NCBI GenBank assembly: GCA_017625035.1 | Contig: JAGALX010000027.1 | Location: 1,459 to 65,458, forward strand | Direction of reading: 5' to 3' | Length of the DNA stretch: 64,000 nucleotides | From: Clostridia bacterium | GTDB lineage: Bacteria; Bacillota; Clostridia; TANB77; CAG-508 | Shown here: piece after piece, positions 40,058 to 49,882 of the stretch | Numbering within the stretch: the stretch's first letter is position 1 | How the letters are laid out: every line of letters begins with the position of its first letter | Position numbers and translations under genes: made by a program | Notes under the pieces: model-generated | Database searches by the model: none | What the model was told of the DNA's origin: nothing | Seen by the model: only the letters and a program-made list of their open reading frames with translations

Positions 40058-40165
40058 AATATAAAACAATATAAGTAGAATCATAGTACAAAATAGCATA
40101 TAGAATTTTGAAAATAAAAAAATGCTATAGTATCATAAAATTATAACAAAATAAGGAGGAAAATC

Positions 40166-40693
40166 ATGACAAAATCAACTAAAATTATGATAATATTAAC
40201 AATTACTATTTTAGCAGTAATATTAGGAGCAAGATATGTTCACATAATGAAAAAAACAGTTTTAACAAATCAAGAAGCATTAGATATAGGAAAAACAAAA
40301 TATCAACAAGCAATAAGTTGTTATTGGGAAAATCTAGAATATAGTACTGAATTAATTGAGAATATAGGTGAGGCAGATACAGCATATTATGAAGTAACAA
40401 ATATAAATGAAATAAAACAAATTTTTACGACAAATACATTTGCTGACTTTTGTGATGAATACGGATTAAAAGAAAAAAACGGAGTTTACTATAAAGTTGC
40501 GGCAGATAGAGGGAGTGATATAACCCATGTAGGCAATGAATTAAAAGTAGATAGTATATCAGAAAATAAAATTGTGTATACTTCAATAGAAACATATAAT
40601 GACAATGAAGAAATTACTACAAAAGAATATCAATTTATACTTATAAAAGAGAACGGAAATTGGAAAGTTGATGAATTTACGTTACCAAATTAA
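40166..40693 (+). CDS. N-anchored protein, IseA/DL-endopeptidase inhibitor-like (MTKS family 2)
   Basis: KEKNGVYY..ADRGSD...FILIKENGNWKVD. Confidence 0.55.
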   Translation: MTKSTKIMIILTITILAVILGARYVHIMKKTVLTNQEALDIGKTKYQQAISCYWENLEYSTELIENIGEADTAYYEVTNINEIKQIFTTNTFADFCDEYGLKEKNGVYYKVAADRGSDITHVGNELKVDSISENKIVYTSIETYNDNEEITTKEYQFILIKENGNWKVDEFTLPN

Positions 40694-40775
40694 AAAAAAT
40701 TATGTTAAATCATTGACAATGATTTAACATATTGTGTACAATTAATATTAAGAAAACAAGAGAGGAGGTAAAATT

Positions 40776-41618
40776 GTGAGAGGATACAACAGAAAATTTA
40801 TAATTAAAAGCATACTAGCGTTTATAATTATATCATTAATGTTTAATGTGTTAATTAATAAACAACATATTTCACAAGCAGAAGAAACTAGCACAAAATG
40901 TGCAATAACAGTTGAAAAAACAAAAGAAGAAGGGGTAATAGATTGGTGTGATATTACGCAGAAACAAAATGTAAATTACAATTATAAAGTAATTATAAAA
41001 ATAACAAGCCAAGATGCATTAAAAGGAATTCAGTTTAAAGCATATTTCGATGCACCTTCAAGAATCGTTGCAGCAACTGTAGGAAATTATTTCGATAAAA
41101 ATGAAATTAATTTTGATACAAATAAATTAGTGCTTTATAATGAAGAAAGTACTAAAAAAACAGAAGCTCCAAATCAACAAGAACTTTGTACATTATACAT
41201 GTTTGTTCCACCAGCAATGCTAGATACATTTGATATGGGATTTGATTTTTCAAAAAATGCTGATTTTGAAAGTATTGTACTAAAAAATGATGAAACAAGA
41301 TATCAAGAATCAGAAATAAAGTACCCAAAAAGAAATGTAGAAATAGAAGATTCAAACGATGAAGATGAAAAAGATGATAAAGATGTTGAAGAAGATAAAA
41401 AAGAACCAACAATCGATGATAAAGAAAAAGAATCTAATTCAAACGCTGAAAAAACACCATCAAATAGTGAAATTTCAGAAAACAATGGTGCCAATAATTC
41501 GAATAGTCCAAAAGCTGGAGATAACATAATATTGTACATAAGCTTTTTTTCAATAGGTATGCTAATTTTTAGTATAATGTTTATTAAAAAAATGAAAAAC
41601 AAAGGAGGAAAAAAATAG
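40776..41618 (+). CDS. secreted cohesin-like protein with sortase-type tail
   Basis: signal peptide, LKGIQFKAYFD, acidic linker, SPKAGD + TM + basic tail. Confidence 0.55.
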   Translation: MRGYNRKFIIKSILAFIIISLMFNVLINKQHISQAEETSTKCAITVEKTKEEGVIDWCDITQKQNVNYNYKVIIKITSQDALKGIQFKAYFDAPSRIVAATVGNYFDKNEINFDTNKLVLYNEESTKKTEAPNQQELCTLYMFVPPAMLDTFDMGFDFSKNADFESIVLKNDETRYQESEIKYPKRNVEIEDSNDEDEKDDKDVEEDKKEPTIDDKEKESNSNAEKTPSNSEISENNGANNSNSPKAGDNIILYISFFSIGMLIFSIMFIKKMKNKGGKK

Positions 41619-41620
41619 TA

Positions 41621-42199
41621 ATGAAAAAATTAATTACAACAATAATTACTATTACAATGTTTTTTGTTATGTTTGTGGCAAAAGTTACATTAGCCAGTGA
41701 AAACAATAGTATTATATTAGAATCAGATATTAAGAATTTAAAACAAGGTGAGGAAATATTAATAACTGTAAAATGCGAAAATGTTGCAGATAATGGAATA
41801 CAAATATTAACAGGAAAGCTAGAATATGATAAATCTATTTTAGAAATTGTAAAAAATGAAGATGGAATATCAGGTGTAGTAGAATCTAAAAATGATTGGA
41901 CTACAGATATATCAGCAGAAAATGCAACTTTTTCTTCCAATAGTATGAATTCAAAAAATGGAGAAATTTTTTCTGTAAAAATGAAAGTTTTAAAAAATGC
42001 AGAAAGTGCAAAAATAACAGCAACAAATCTTAGCATTGTAAATGAAAATTACGAAAGTAAAGAATTAAAATCGAATGAATTAGTTATCGGAAACGAAAAA
42101 CAAAATAAAAGTAATATAGTAGTTATTATTTGTATTATTATTTTAGCAGTTATAGTTATTGCTAGTATGGTAATATTAAAAAATAAAAAAAGTAAATAA
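41621..42199 (+). CDS. cohesin-like protein with C-terminal TM
   Basis: LKQGEEILITVK...GIQILTGKLEYDKSILEIV...GEIFSVKMKV. Confidence 0.6.
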   Translation: MKKLITTIITITMFFVMFVAKVTLASENNSIILESDIKNLKQGEEILITVKCENVADNGIQILTGKLEYDKSILEIVKNEDGISGVVESKNDWTTDISAENATFSSNSMNSKNGEIFSVKMKVLKNAESAKITATNLSIVNENYESKELKSNELVIGNEKQNKSNIVVIICIIILAVIVIASMVILKNKKSK

Positions 42200-42220
42200 T
42201 CATAAATAAGGAGTGATATT

Positions 42221-43597
42221 ATGAGTAAAATAAAACAAATTTCTACCAGCATTATAATATTAATTATATGTTTGCTTTTTGGCGTAATGAGTAATAATGC
42301 AAAAGCAACAGAAAGGGCTACGCAAGGAACAATGTTGGGAGATGTGAATTTAGATGGTTCTGTAAGTCTAGAGGACGTAATATATTTAAATAAAAAATTA
42401 GCAGGTGTAATTGACTTTAATGAACAACAAATAGCTAATGCAGATTGTAATCAATATGGATCTGATAATACTAATAGAATAAATGCATTAGATGCAGTAG
42501 TATTGTTACAATACATTGTGGAAAAGGTACCTGAACTTCCAGTAGGAAATATCTATAAAATAGAAGGTATATCATACAATTATATAGATGACGAAAAGAT
42601 AAATTTAGATGGAGTAACATTTAAGAAAGATGAAGAAGATTTTACACCAACTATTAAGTTAAGTCCAAAAAAGATATATGAAGATTATTCTTTTGTATAT
42701 AAAAATGCTGGATATATAGATCTAACATGTGATGTATATGACGGAGATAATAAAGCTGGTTCATTAAGGGTCTTAGTAGGAAAACAAGGTGATGTTAATT
42801 TAGATAAAAATGTAGATTTAAGTGATATAGCTGAAATGCTTAATATAATTAATGGCACATATAGTGGAAAAATTTCACAAGATAACCTTGATAAATGCCA
42901 AGAAACAGTACTAAAGAATTATAATGCTATGCCTGAAGTTCAAAAACTAATGATTAAATTAGCTGATATTACAGATAAAACAACTAATTTATTGAATTTA
43001 GATACTGAAGATGTGGCAAAGCTAATGAGAAAATATGCGCTAAAAGGTGCGGGTATAGAATACTACTATGTAGTAGACGGTGCATCATATAATTATATTG
43101 ATGATACTGAATTAAATTTAAATAATGTTACTATAAAAAAATATGAAATTGAAACAGATAAAGAGGTAGAATTTACTCCAACAATAAAATTAACTCCAAA
43201 AGGAATGTATGAAAATGCTAAATCTGTATATGACCAAGTAGGATATGTAAGTAATGAAAATTGCATTGTATATGATGGTGACAAAATGATAGGTAGAATA
43301 CATGTTTTAATAGGCAAAAAAGGTGATGTTAATTTTGATGGAAAAGTAGATAATTCTGACGTAACTGAAATAAATAAAATTGTTGATGCTAGATATAGTG
43401 GAAATATTTCTCAAAATAAACTTAGTGGAGCTAAAACGGTATTTGATAATTATATATCTATGCCTGAAGTACAAAAGTTAATAATTAAGTTAGCAGATGT
43501 AACAGACGAATCTATAGAATTATCAAACATAAATGAGCAAGATGCATTAGCTGTAGCAGAAATGTATGCTGAAGCAGGAGCTGGATTAAATCAATAA
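42221..43597 (+). CDS. secreted protein with three dockerin-like modules
   Basis: GDVNLDGSVSLED/ADCNQ...INALDA, GDVNLDKNVDLSD, GDVNFDGKVDNSD; ~170 aa internal duplication. Confidence 0.8.
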   Translation: MSKIKQISTSIIILIICLLFGVMSNNAKATERATQGTMLGDVNLDGSVSLEDVIYLNKKLAGVIDFNEQQIANADCNQYGSDNTNRINALDAVVLLQYIVEKVPELPVGNIYKIEGISYNYIDDEKINLDGVTFKKDEEDFTPTIKLSPKKIYEDYSFVYKNAGYIDLTCDVYDGDNKAGSLRVLVGKQGDVNLDKNVDLSDIAEMLNIINGTYSGKISQDNLDKCQETVLKNYNAMPEVQKLMIKLADITDKTTNLLNLDTEDVAKLMRKYALKGAGIEYYYVVDGASYNYIDDTELNLNNVTIKKYEIETDKEVEFTPTIKLTPKGMYENAKSVYDQVGYVSNENCIVYDGDKMIGRIHVLIGKKGDVNFDGKVDNSDVTEINKIVDARYSGNISQNKLSGAKTVFDNYISMPEVQKLIIKLADVTDESIELSNINEQDALAVAEMYAEAGAGLNQ

Positions 43598-43874
43598 AAT
43601 GAAAAAATAAAAAAAGAAAAACTTCGATTTTAAATTTTAAATCAAGGTTTTTCTTTTTTATTTTATAGAAAGTTTTTAAATTACCATTGTTAGAAACAGA
43701 AAAAAGAAGCGCAATAAAAAATGTTTTAAAATATAAATTTTTTGAAGTTTAGTTTTCAAATATTTTTCTGCTAAGAGTTTATAATAAATTGGAGATGTAC
43801 TGTGACTATCACAGTGATAACAATCAACTTTTGCTTTTTATTAAATAAAAAATAGTAAAAATTACAAATAAATT

Positions 43875-43899
43875 CAACTTTTTCCATTTCTAAATCGTA
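43875..43899 (+). promoter_or_regulatory. ECF promoter 4
   Basis: CAACTTTTTCCATTTCTAAATCGTA. Confidence 0.78.
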
Positions 43900-44044
43900 T
43901 TAATTATAGATACTAAAATTAAGTAAATTTGCTATTAAAGAATATTTTTTATAAAAAAGAAATAGCAAAAAAATTAAAAGAAATAGTCAATAAAATAAAG
44001 TATATGTTATAATTTAATTATAACAAAAGAAGGGGGAATGATTT

Positions 44045-44866
44045 ATGACAAAATCAAGTAAAATTATTATAGCTTTATTAATAATACTAATTATTGTAGT
44101 TTTCGCATTTGGAGGGTATTTTATTTGGAAACTGAATGATGAGGTAGAAAAAGAGAATAACGAAGTAAATGTTTCAAAAAATAACAATGAGAATATTGGT
44201 TCATTAAATTATGTTGATGATGAATATAATTCTGTTGAAAATAATGATCTAGATATAGAAGGAGATTATGGTCCAGTGTCAGTATTGTATGATGTTGAAA
44301 AAACATATACTAATGAAAGCGGGATTACAGAAATTTATACATATAGATTACCCAAAATTAATATAGAGTCTGAATATGCAAATGAAATAAATAATGAAAT
44401 TAAAGAATTAGTAACAAAAGTTGAAAATTTTGTAAGTAAATTAGATAATGGTTATGACATTTTATATGAAGAATACTGTTACGGGTTTGACTATAATTAT
44501 GCTATTAATGGAGATATAGTATCAATTATTATATTTGTAAATAATGAATCTGATGCAGATGATGCAATAGTGTATAATATAAATACAAAAGGTGAAAAAG
44601 TAGAAAAGGCAATGCTATTGGAAAAATCTAATATAAAAGAAAGCGAATTTCAAGATAAAATTTTCAGTTTAATTAAAAGTAATGATATATTTTATTCTGC
44701 TGTAGATCATACTTATCTTGCAAAAGAAGATGATTGTGCACTAGATAAATGTGATTTATTATATCTTTATAATGGTGAGTTATATGTGGCGGTAAAAATA
44801 AGTGGTACAGATGTTGCTGGAAAAGCAGTAATAAATGTACGTACTGGTTGGCCATTGAATGGATAA
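44045..44866 (+). CDS. N-anchored protein, DUF4163/RsiV-PdaC-like domain (MTKS family 3)
   Basis: YRLPKINIESEYANEINNEI...YAINGDIVSIII...YNIN. Confidence 0.55.
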   Translation: MTKSSKIIIALLIILIIVVFAFGGYFIWKLNDEVEKENNEVNVSKNNNENIGSLNYVDDEYNSVENNDLDIEGDYGPVSVLYDVEKTYTNESGITEIYTYRLPKINIESEYANEINNEIKELVTKVENFVSKLDNGYDILYEEYCYGFDYNYAINGDIVSIIIFVNNESDADDAIVYNINTKGEKVEKAMLLEKSNIKESEFQDKIFSLIKSNDIFYSAVDHTYLAKEDDCALDKCDLLYLYNGELYVAVKISGTDVAGKAVINVRTGWPLNG

Positions 44867-44886
44867 AAATTAGTTAGTAAAAAATA

Positions 44887-44911
44887 AAACTTCGATTTTT
44901 AATCGAAGTTT
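44887..44911. terminator. bidirectional terminator
   Basis: AAACTTCGATT/AATCGAAGTTT between convergent genes. Confidence 0.7.
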
Positions 44912-44918
44912 CATTTTT

Positions 44919-45881
44919 TTATTCTTCAGAACCCTTATTTGTCATTTCCTCCAAATCAAGAAGTTCTTGCCATCTCTTATCAACTTCCTCTTGGAATTCC
45001 TTAATCATCCACTCATTACCTGGTTTAAACATATGTTTAAATCTACGTTGAGGTTTTAAAAATTCTTCAATAGGTAATTTATTTTTTGGTTTATAGTTTA
45101 TAACATATCTACCATCAATAACTTCATATAATGGCCAGTAGCATGTTTCAACTGCAAGTTTATTAATTTGCATTAAATCTTCAGTTTTATAACCCCAACC
45201 GCGTGGGCAAGGAGCCATAACATTTAAGAATGTAGGTCCTTCTGTATAAATTGCTTTTTCAGCTTTTTCATATAAATCTTTGAAATTATTTAATGCAACA
45301 GTTTGAGCAACATATGGCAAATGATGACCAACCATTATTTTTGTTAAATCTTTTCTTGATTGCATTTTTCCTGGTACAACAGCTCCTGCTGGGGTTGTTG
45401 TTGTATCAGCAAATTTTGGAGTTGCTGATGAACGTTGAATACCTGTGTTCATATAGGCACCATTATCATAGCAAACATAAGTCATATCATGACCTCTTTC
45501 CATTGCTCCTGATAAACTTTGAATTCCTATATCATAAGTTCCACCATCTCCACCAAATGTTATGAATTTAGTAGTAAAATCTTCTGGTAATTTTCCTTGT
45601 TTTTTTAGTGATTTATAAGCAGCTTCTGCTCCTGAAGTATTTGCAGAAGCGCATTCAAATGCTGTGTGTATAAAAGAATCTGTCCATGATGAATATGGGT
45701 ACATAAAAGTTGAAACTTCCATACATCCTGTTGCACATGAAATAACTGCATGATCTTCTGGTTTTAAAGCCCTTAAAATCATTCTTGCAGTAGCAGGAGC
45801 ACCACAACCTGCACACATTCTATGTCCTGCTGTGAATCTAGATGGTTTTGTAGTAATTACTTCTTTTAAATTATATGCCAT
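44919..45881 (-). CDS. porB: pyruvate:ferredoxin oxidoreductase beta subunit
   Basis: GHRMCAGCG, ATGCME, GGDGGTYDIG, YDNGAYMNTG, APCPRGW. Confidence 0.93.
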   Translation of the reverse strand: MAYNLKEVITTKPSRFTAGHRMCAGCGAPATARMILRALKPEDHAVISCATGCMEVSTFMYPYSSWTDSFIHTAFECASANTSGAEAAYKSLKKQGKLPEDFTTKFITFGGDGGTYDIGIQSLSGAMERGHDMTYVCYDNGAYMNTGIQRSSATPKFADTTTTPAGAVVPGKMQSRKDLTKIMVGHHLPYVAQTVALNNFKDLYEKAEKAIYTEGPTFLNVMAPCPRGWGYKTEDLMQINKLAVETCYWPLYEVIDGRYVINYKPKNKLPIEEFLKPQRRFKHMFKPGNEWMIKEFQEEVDKRWQELLDLEEMTNKGSEE

Positions 45882-45887
45882 TTTCAA

Positions 45888-47078
45888 TTACTCCTTTCTT
45901 AATCCTAAATATCTATAAGGATTTTCTACTTTATCTTCTTTATTAATTTTTTGTAAATCTGCAAATACAGTTTCAATATTTTCTGATGTTGTATCTCTAC
46001 CACCAATTCCGTAAATATAGTTTACAACTGGAACTGATTTTTTATTTACATACATCGCAGATGTTATATCTTCAAATAATGCACCACCAGCAGCGTTTAA
46101 TGAATCTGCTTTATCTAATACTGCAATTGATTTTATATTTTCTTTTGATAAAGCTTTAGCAATTTCTTCAGCTGGGAATGGTCTAAACATACGAACCTTT
46201 AGAAGTCCTGCTTTTACACCTTCAGATCTTAGTTTATCAACTGTGTATTTTGCAGTTCCTGCTGTTGAGTTCATACAAACAATTACATGTTCTGCATCTT
46301 CCATTTTATATTCTTCGAAGAATGAATATTTTCTACCTGTCATTTTTTCAAAGTCAGCTGAAACATCAGCAATTACTTTTTTAGCATTTTTCATTGCTTC
46401 TGCTTGTTGGTATTTATGTTCAAATAAGAATGCTTGTAAATCTAAAGGTCCAACAGCCATAGGCTCTTTTTTATTTAATAAATAATGTTCTGGTTTATAT
46501 GTTCCAACAAATGCTTTTACTTTATCATCTTCAATTAATTCAATATTTTCGATTGAGTGTGATGTTATAAATCCATCTTGGCAAATCATAATAGGTAATT
46601 GTACATCTTTATGTTCTGCTATTCTGTGAGCCATTACCATATTATCATATGCTTCTTGGTTGTTTTCGCTAAATAACATTATCCATCCAGCGTCACGAAC
46701 ACCCATTGCATCTGAATGATCATTGTGTATGTTTAATGGCCCAGATACTGCACGGTTTACAAGTGACATAACTATTGGTAAACGTAAGCTTGACGCTATA
46801 TAAATCATTTCCCACATAAGTGATAAACCATTTGCAGATGTTGCAGTCATAGCTCTAGCTCCTGCAGCTTGAGCACCAATACATGCAGTCATTGCACTAT
46901 GCTCACTTTCAACAGCAACAAATTCTGTATCAACAGTTCCATTACTTACAAATGTTGAAAAATATTGTGGTATTTCTGTTGATGGTGTAATAGGGAATGC
47001 AGCAACAACATCTGGATTAATTTGTTTCATAGCTATTGCAATAGCTTCATTACCACTTAAACGCTCTCTAATTCCCAT
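45888..47078 (-). CDS. porA: pyruvate:ferredoxin oxidoreductase alpha subunit
   Basis: SGNEAIA, AAFPITPST, VESEHSA, NRAVSGPLNIHNDHSD. Confidence 0.93.
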   Translation of the reverse strand: MGIRERLSGNEAIAIAMKQINPDVVAAFPITPSTEIPQYFSTFVSNGTVDTEFVAVESEHSAMTACIGAQAAGARAMTATSANGLSLMWEMIYIASSLRLPIVMSLVNRAVSGPLNIHNDHSDAMGVRDAGWIMLFSENNQEAYDNMVMAHRIAEHKDVQLPIMICQDGFITSHSIENIELIEDDKVKAFVGTYKPEHYLLNKKEPMAVGPLDLQAFLFEHKYQQAEAMKNAKKVIADVSADFEKMTGRKYSFFEEYKMEDAEHVIVCMNSTAGTAKYTVDKLRSEGVKAGLLKVRMFRPFPAEEIAKALSKENIKSIAVLDKADSLNAAGGALFEDITSAMYVNKKSVPVVNYIYGIGGRDTTSENIETVFADLQKINKEDKVENPYRYLGLRKE

Positions 47079-47377
47079 TATTTTTCACCTTCCTCTCTCA
47101 TTTCGATTGCACCAAATGGACATACTTTTGCACATACACCACATCCTTTGCAGTAATCGTAATCAAAATCTTCTCTTTTTCCTTCACAATTTACTGGAAT
47201 TGCATCATCTGGGCAAACAGGGAAACATAGTCCACATTGTTTGCATTTTTCACTAAGAAAAACAGGCTTTAAAGAACGCCAATCACCAGTTTTAAATTCT
47301 TTAGCATTACCAGCTGTATAGATATTTCCACCAATAGTTAATTCACTTGCTGGGGTATTTTTATTTATTTCAGCCAT
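47078..47377 (-). CDS. porD: PFOR delta subunit, 2x[4Fe-4S]
   Basis: KTGDWR, CKQCGLCFPVCP, CKGCGVCAKVCP. Confidence 0.93.
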   Translation of the reverse strand: MAEINKNTPASELTIGGNIYTAGNAKEFKTGDWRSLKPVFLSEKCKQCGLCFPVCPDDAIPVNCEGKREDFDYDYCKGCGVCAKVCPFGAIEMREEGEK

Positions 47378-47397
47378 TTTTTATCAATCCTTTCTTT

Positions 47398-47516
47398 GGG
47401 AAAAGGGGACGGTTCTGTTTTCCCATTTTTGGGAAAAAGGGACAGCCTCATATTCCGATAATTTTTTGAAACTATGCACATTAGGGACGTTGCACATTGC
47501 GTCCCCAATGTGCATA
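47398..47516. repeat. REP-like family A arm plus family B hairpin inside por operon
   Basis: A arm 47398-47445; B hairpin TATGCACATTAGGGACG...CGTCCCCAATGTGCATA 47473-47516. Confidence 0.8.
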
Positions 47517-47519
47517 AAA

Positions 47520-48101
47520 CTATTGAACTTTTTTCACTTGCTCTAAAGTTAATTTTAAAGCTTTCATATTTCCTTCAATAACTTCAGGTTTTTTAGCAAA
47601 TTTATGTTTAAATGAACCTTCCATATCATTTAAGAAAGCTTCATCAGACATAACTTCACTAACTTTAACAATAGCAGCAAGCATTGGAGTATTTGGAAAA
47701 TATTTTCCTAATGCTTCTATAGAAATAGATCTTGCATCTATAGTATAAACACTACCATTATATCCATTTAATTTGTCTTTTAAAACATTTATATCTTTGG
47801 TTGTATTAATAACAATAGCACCTGATTCTTTAAGTCCTGCTGTTACATCAACACTATCTAGTAAAGTATCATCAACAACAACAACAAAATCTGGATTATA
47901 AATATTACTATGCACTGTTATTGGTGTGTTACTAATACGGTTATATGCTGTAATTGGTGCACCCATTCTTTCTGGACCATATTCTGGAAAACCTTGAATG
48001 TATTTTCCTGTGTTAAAAGCTGCATCTGCTAAAAGTAAACAAGCAGTTTTTGCACCTTGACCACCACGTCCATGCCATCTGATTTCAATTAAATCGTTCA
48101 T
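47520..48101 (-). CDS. porC: PFOR gamma subunit
   Basis: EIRWHGRGGQGAKTA, FPEYGPERMGAP; RBS AAGGAGG. Confidence 0.93.
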   Translation of the reverse strand: MNDLIEIRWHGRGGQGAKTACLLLADAAFNTGKYIQGFPEYGPERMGAPITAYNRISNTPITVHSNIYNPDFVVVVDDTLLDSVDVTAGLKESGAIVINTTKDINVLKDKLNGYNGSVYTIDARSISIEALGKYFPNTPMLAAIVKVSEVMSDEAFLNDMEGSFKHKFAKKPEVIEGNMKALKLTLEQVKKVQ

Positions 48102-48304
48102 AAAAAATTTTACCTCCTTGAACTTTAATATGATTAGTATATTCCTTAAGAGAGGGGATGTCAAGCAGTTTTGACCAATTGGTTTAAAGGTTTTTATAGC
48201 TTACCAAAAGCCTTGCACAGTTGGAAACCTTGTGCCCCTAAATTTTGCCAATACCATTGACTTTTCGCCTAAAATCATATATGATATCAGAAGTATTTTT
48301 GTTT

Positions 48305-48380
48305 TGCACATTAGGGAAAATATGTGACTTATAAAAAAGTGTAATGGTTTATGCACATTTTCCCGTCCCCAATGTGCATA
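48305..48380. repeat. degenerate family B REPIN upstream of minD
   Basis: TGCACATTAGGG...CGTCCCCAATGTGCA. Confidence 0.65.
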
Positions 48381-48396
48381 AGGGGGAAAGAAATTT

Positions 48397-49191
48397 ATGG
48401 GAGAAGTTATAGTTGTAACATCAGGAAAAGGTGGCGTAGGTAAAACAACAACAACAGCTAATTTAGGGTCTGCACTAGCTTTAACAGGTAAAAAAGTTGC
48501 ACTAGTAGACACTGATATTGGACTAAGAAATTTAGATGTTGTAATGGGGCTTGAAAACAGAATTGTATATGACATAGTAGATGTTGTAGAAGAAAAATGC
48601 AAACTAAGACAAGCATTAATAAAAGACAAGCGTTTCAATGAACTATTTTTATTACCAGCCGCACAAACAAGAGATAAAAGTGCCATAAATGAAGAACAAA
48701 TGAAAGAATTAACAAGTAAGTTAAAATCCGAATTTGACTATATTTTAATAGATTGTCCAGCAGGAATAGAGCAAGGTTTTAAAAATGCAATAGCTGGAGC
48801 AGATAGAGCATTAGTTGTAACAACAGCAGAAATTTCTGCAATAAGAGATGCTGATAGAATAATAGGATTATTAGCAGAATCACACATAAAAAATCCAGAG
48901 CTAATTATCAATAGAATAAGACCAAATATGATAAAAAAAGGCGAAATGATGGATGTTGAAGACATTGTAGAATTACTATCTATCGATTTAATAGGCGTAA
49001 TTCCAGATGACGAATATATAATAACTCAAACTAATAAAGGAGAGCCAGCTGTTTCAAATAAAAAAGCACCTTCAGGAAGAGGATATATGGAAATTGCACA
49101 AAGAATATTGGGCGAAAATATCGAAATTACTATCCCTGGAAGGAATGAAAGTGTGGTTTCTAAATTATTAAACGTTTTTAGAAAAAAATAG
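48397..49191 (+). CDS. minD: septum site-determining ATPase MinD
   Basis: SGKGGVGKTT, DIGLRNLD, DCPAGIEQGF, RDADRIIG. Confidence 0.97.
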   Translation: MGEVIVVTSGKGGVGKTTTTANLGSALALTGKKVALVDTDIGLRNLDVVMGLENRIVYDIVDVVEEKCKLRQALIKDKRFNELFLLPAAQTRDKSAINEEQMKELTSKLKSEFDYILIDCPAGIEQGFKNAIAGADRALVVTTAEISAIRDADRIIGLLAESHIKNPELIINRIRPNMIKKGEMMDVEDIVELLSIDLIGVIPDDEYIITQTNKGEPAVSNKKAPSGRGYMEIAQRILGENIEITIPGRNESVVSKLLNVFRKK

Positions 49192-49237
49192 GTTAATCTA
49201 AAATTCTAATATAAAAAGTACAAAAGTGGAGGTTAAA

Positions 49238-49870
49238 ATGTTAGAGGGTATAAAACGCTTTTTTAAAAAGCAAGGAAAAAAAGAAGATGTACAATCAAAT
49301 TCAAAAAATGCTGCTAAAGAAAGATTACATTTAGTATTAATGCAAGATAGAGCAAATGTATCTGTAGATTTTTTAGATATGATGAAACAAGAAATAATTG
49401 ATGTAATTAAAAAATACGTAGATGTAGATGAACCTGAAATAGATGTTAGATTAACAAATCAAATAAACGAAGATGGAACAAATGGAGCACCAGCATTATA
49501 TGCTAATATTCCTATTGTGAGTATAAAAAATGAAAAAATAGGCGAAAAGAAAAAAATAAATCTAAAAAACAATAATTATAAGAATGAAAATGAAATTCCT
49601 GGTAAAAATAATACCGAAAAAAATGTAGATACAAAAGAAATTTCAAGTAATAAAGTAAAAACAGAAATAAAACAAATTAAAACTGAGGAAAATGATAAAA
49701 TAAAAAAAGATGAAAATAAAGAAATAAAAAAAGTTGTAAAAAAATTATCACCAGAAGAAACAAAAAAAGCTGCAACTAAAAAATCTGCAACAAAAAAGAC
49801 TTTAAATTCAGCTGCAGCTACAAAAACATCAACAGCAAAAACAACTAAAAAAACAACTTCTAAAAAATGA
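49238..49870 (+). CDS. minE: MinE with long Lys-rich C-terminal extension
   Basis: SKNAAKERLHLVLMQDR, IIDVIKKYV, ALYANIPI; then ~115 aa K/E/T/A-rich tail. Confidence 0.88.
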   Translation: MLEGIKRFFKKQGKKEDVQSNSKNAAKERLHLVLMQDRANVSVDFLDMMKQEIIDVIKKYVDVDEPEIDVRLTNQINEDGTNGAPALYANIPIVSIKNEKIGEKKKINLKNNNYKNENEIPGKNNTEKNVDTKEISSNKVKTEIKQIKTEENDKIKKDENKEIKKVVKKLSPEETKKAATKKSATKKTLNSAAATKTSTAKTTKKTTSKK

Positions 49871-49882
49871 GGTTAGGTTATT

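Noticed and set aside
43825-43850. Additional CAACTTTT as a fifth ECF promoter
   Set aside because: No CGTA element at the 17-nt spacing.
48201-48686. 161 aa minus-strand ORF and similar antisense ORFs in the track
   Set aside because: Shadows of well-conserved genes on the other strand (minD, gatA, ftsH, ndvB-like); no RBS or motifs.
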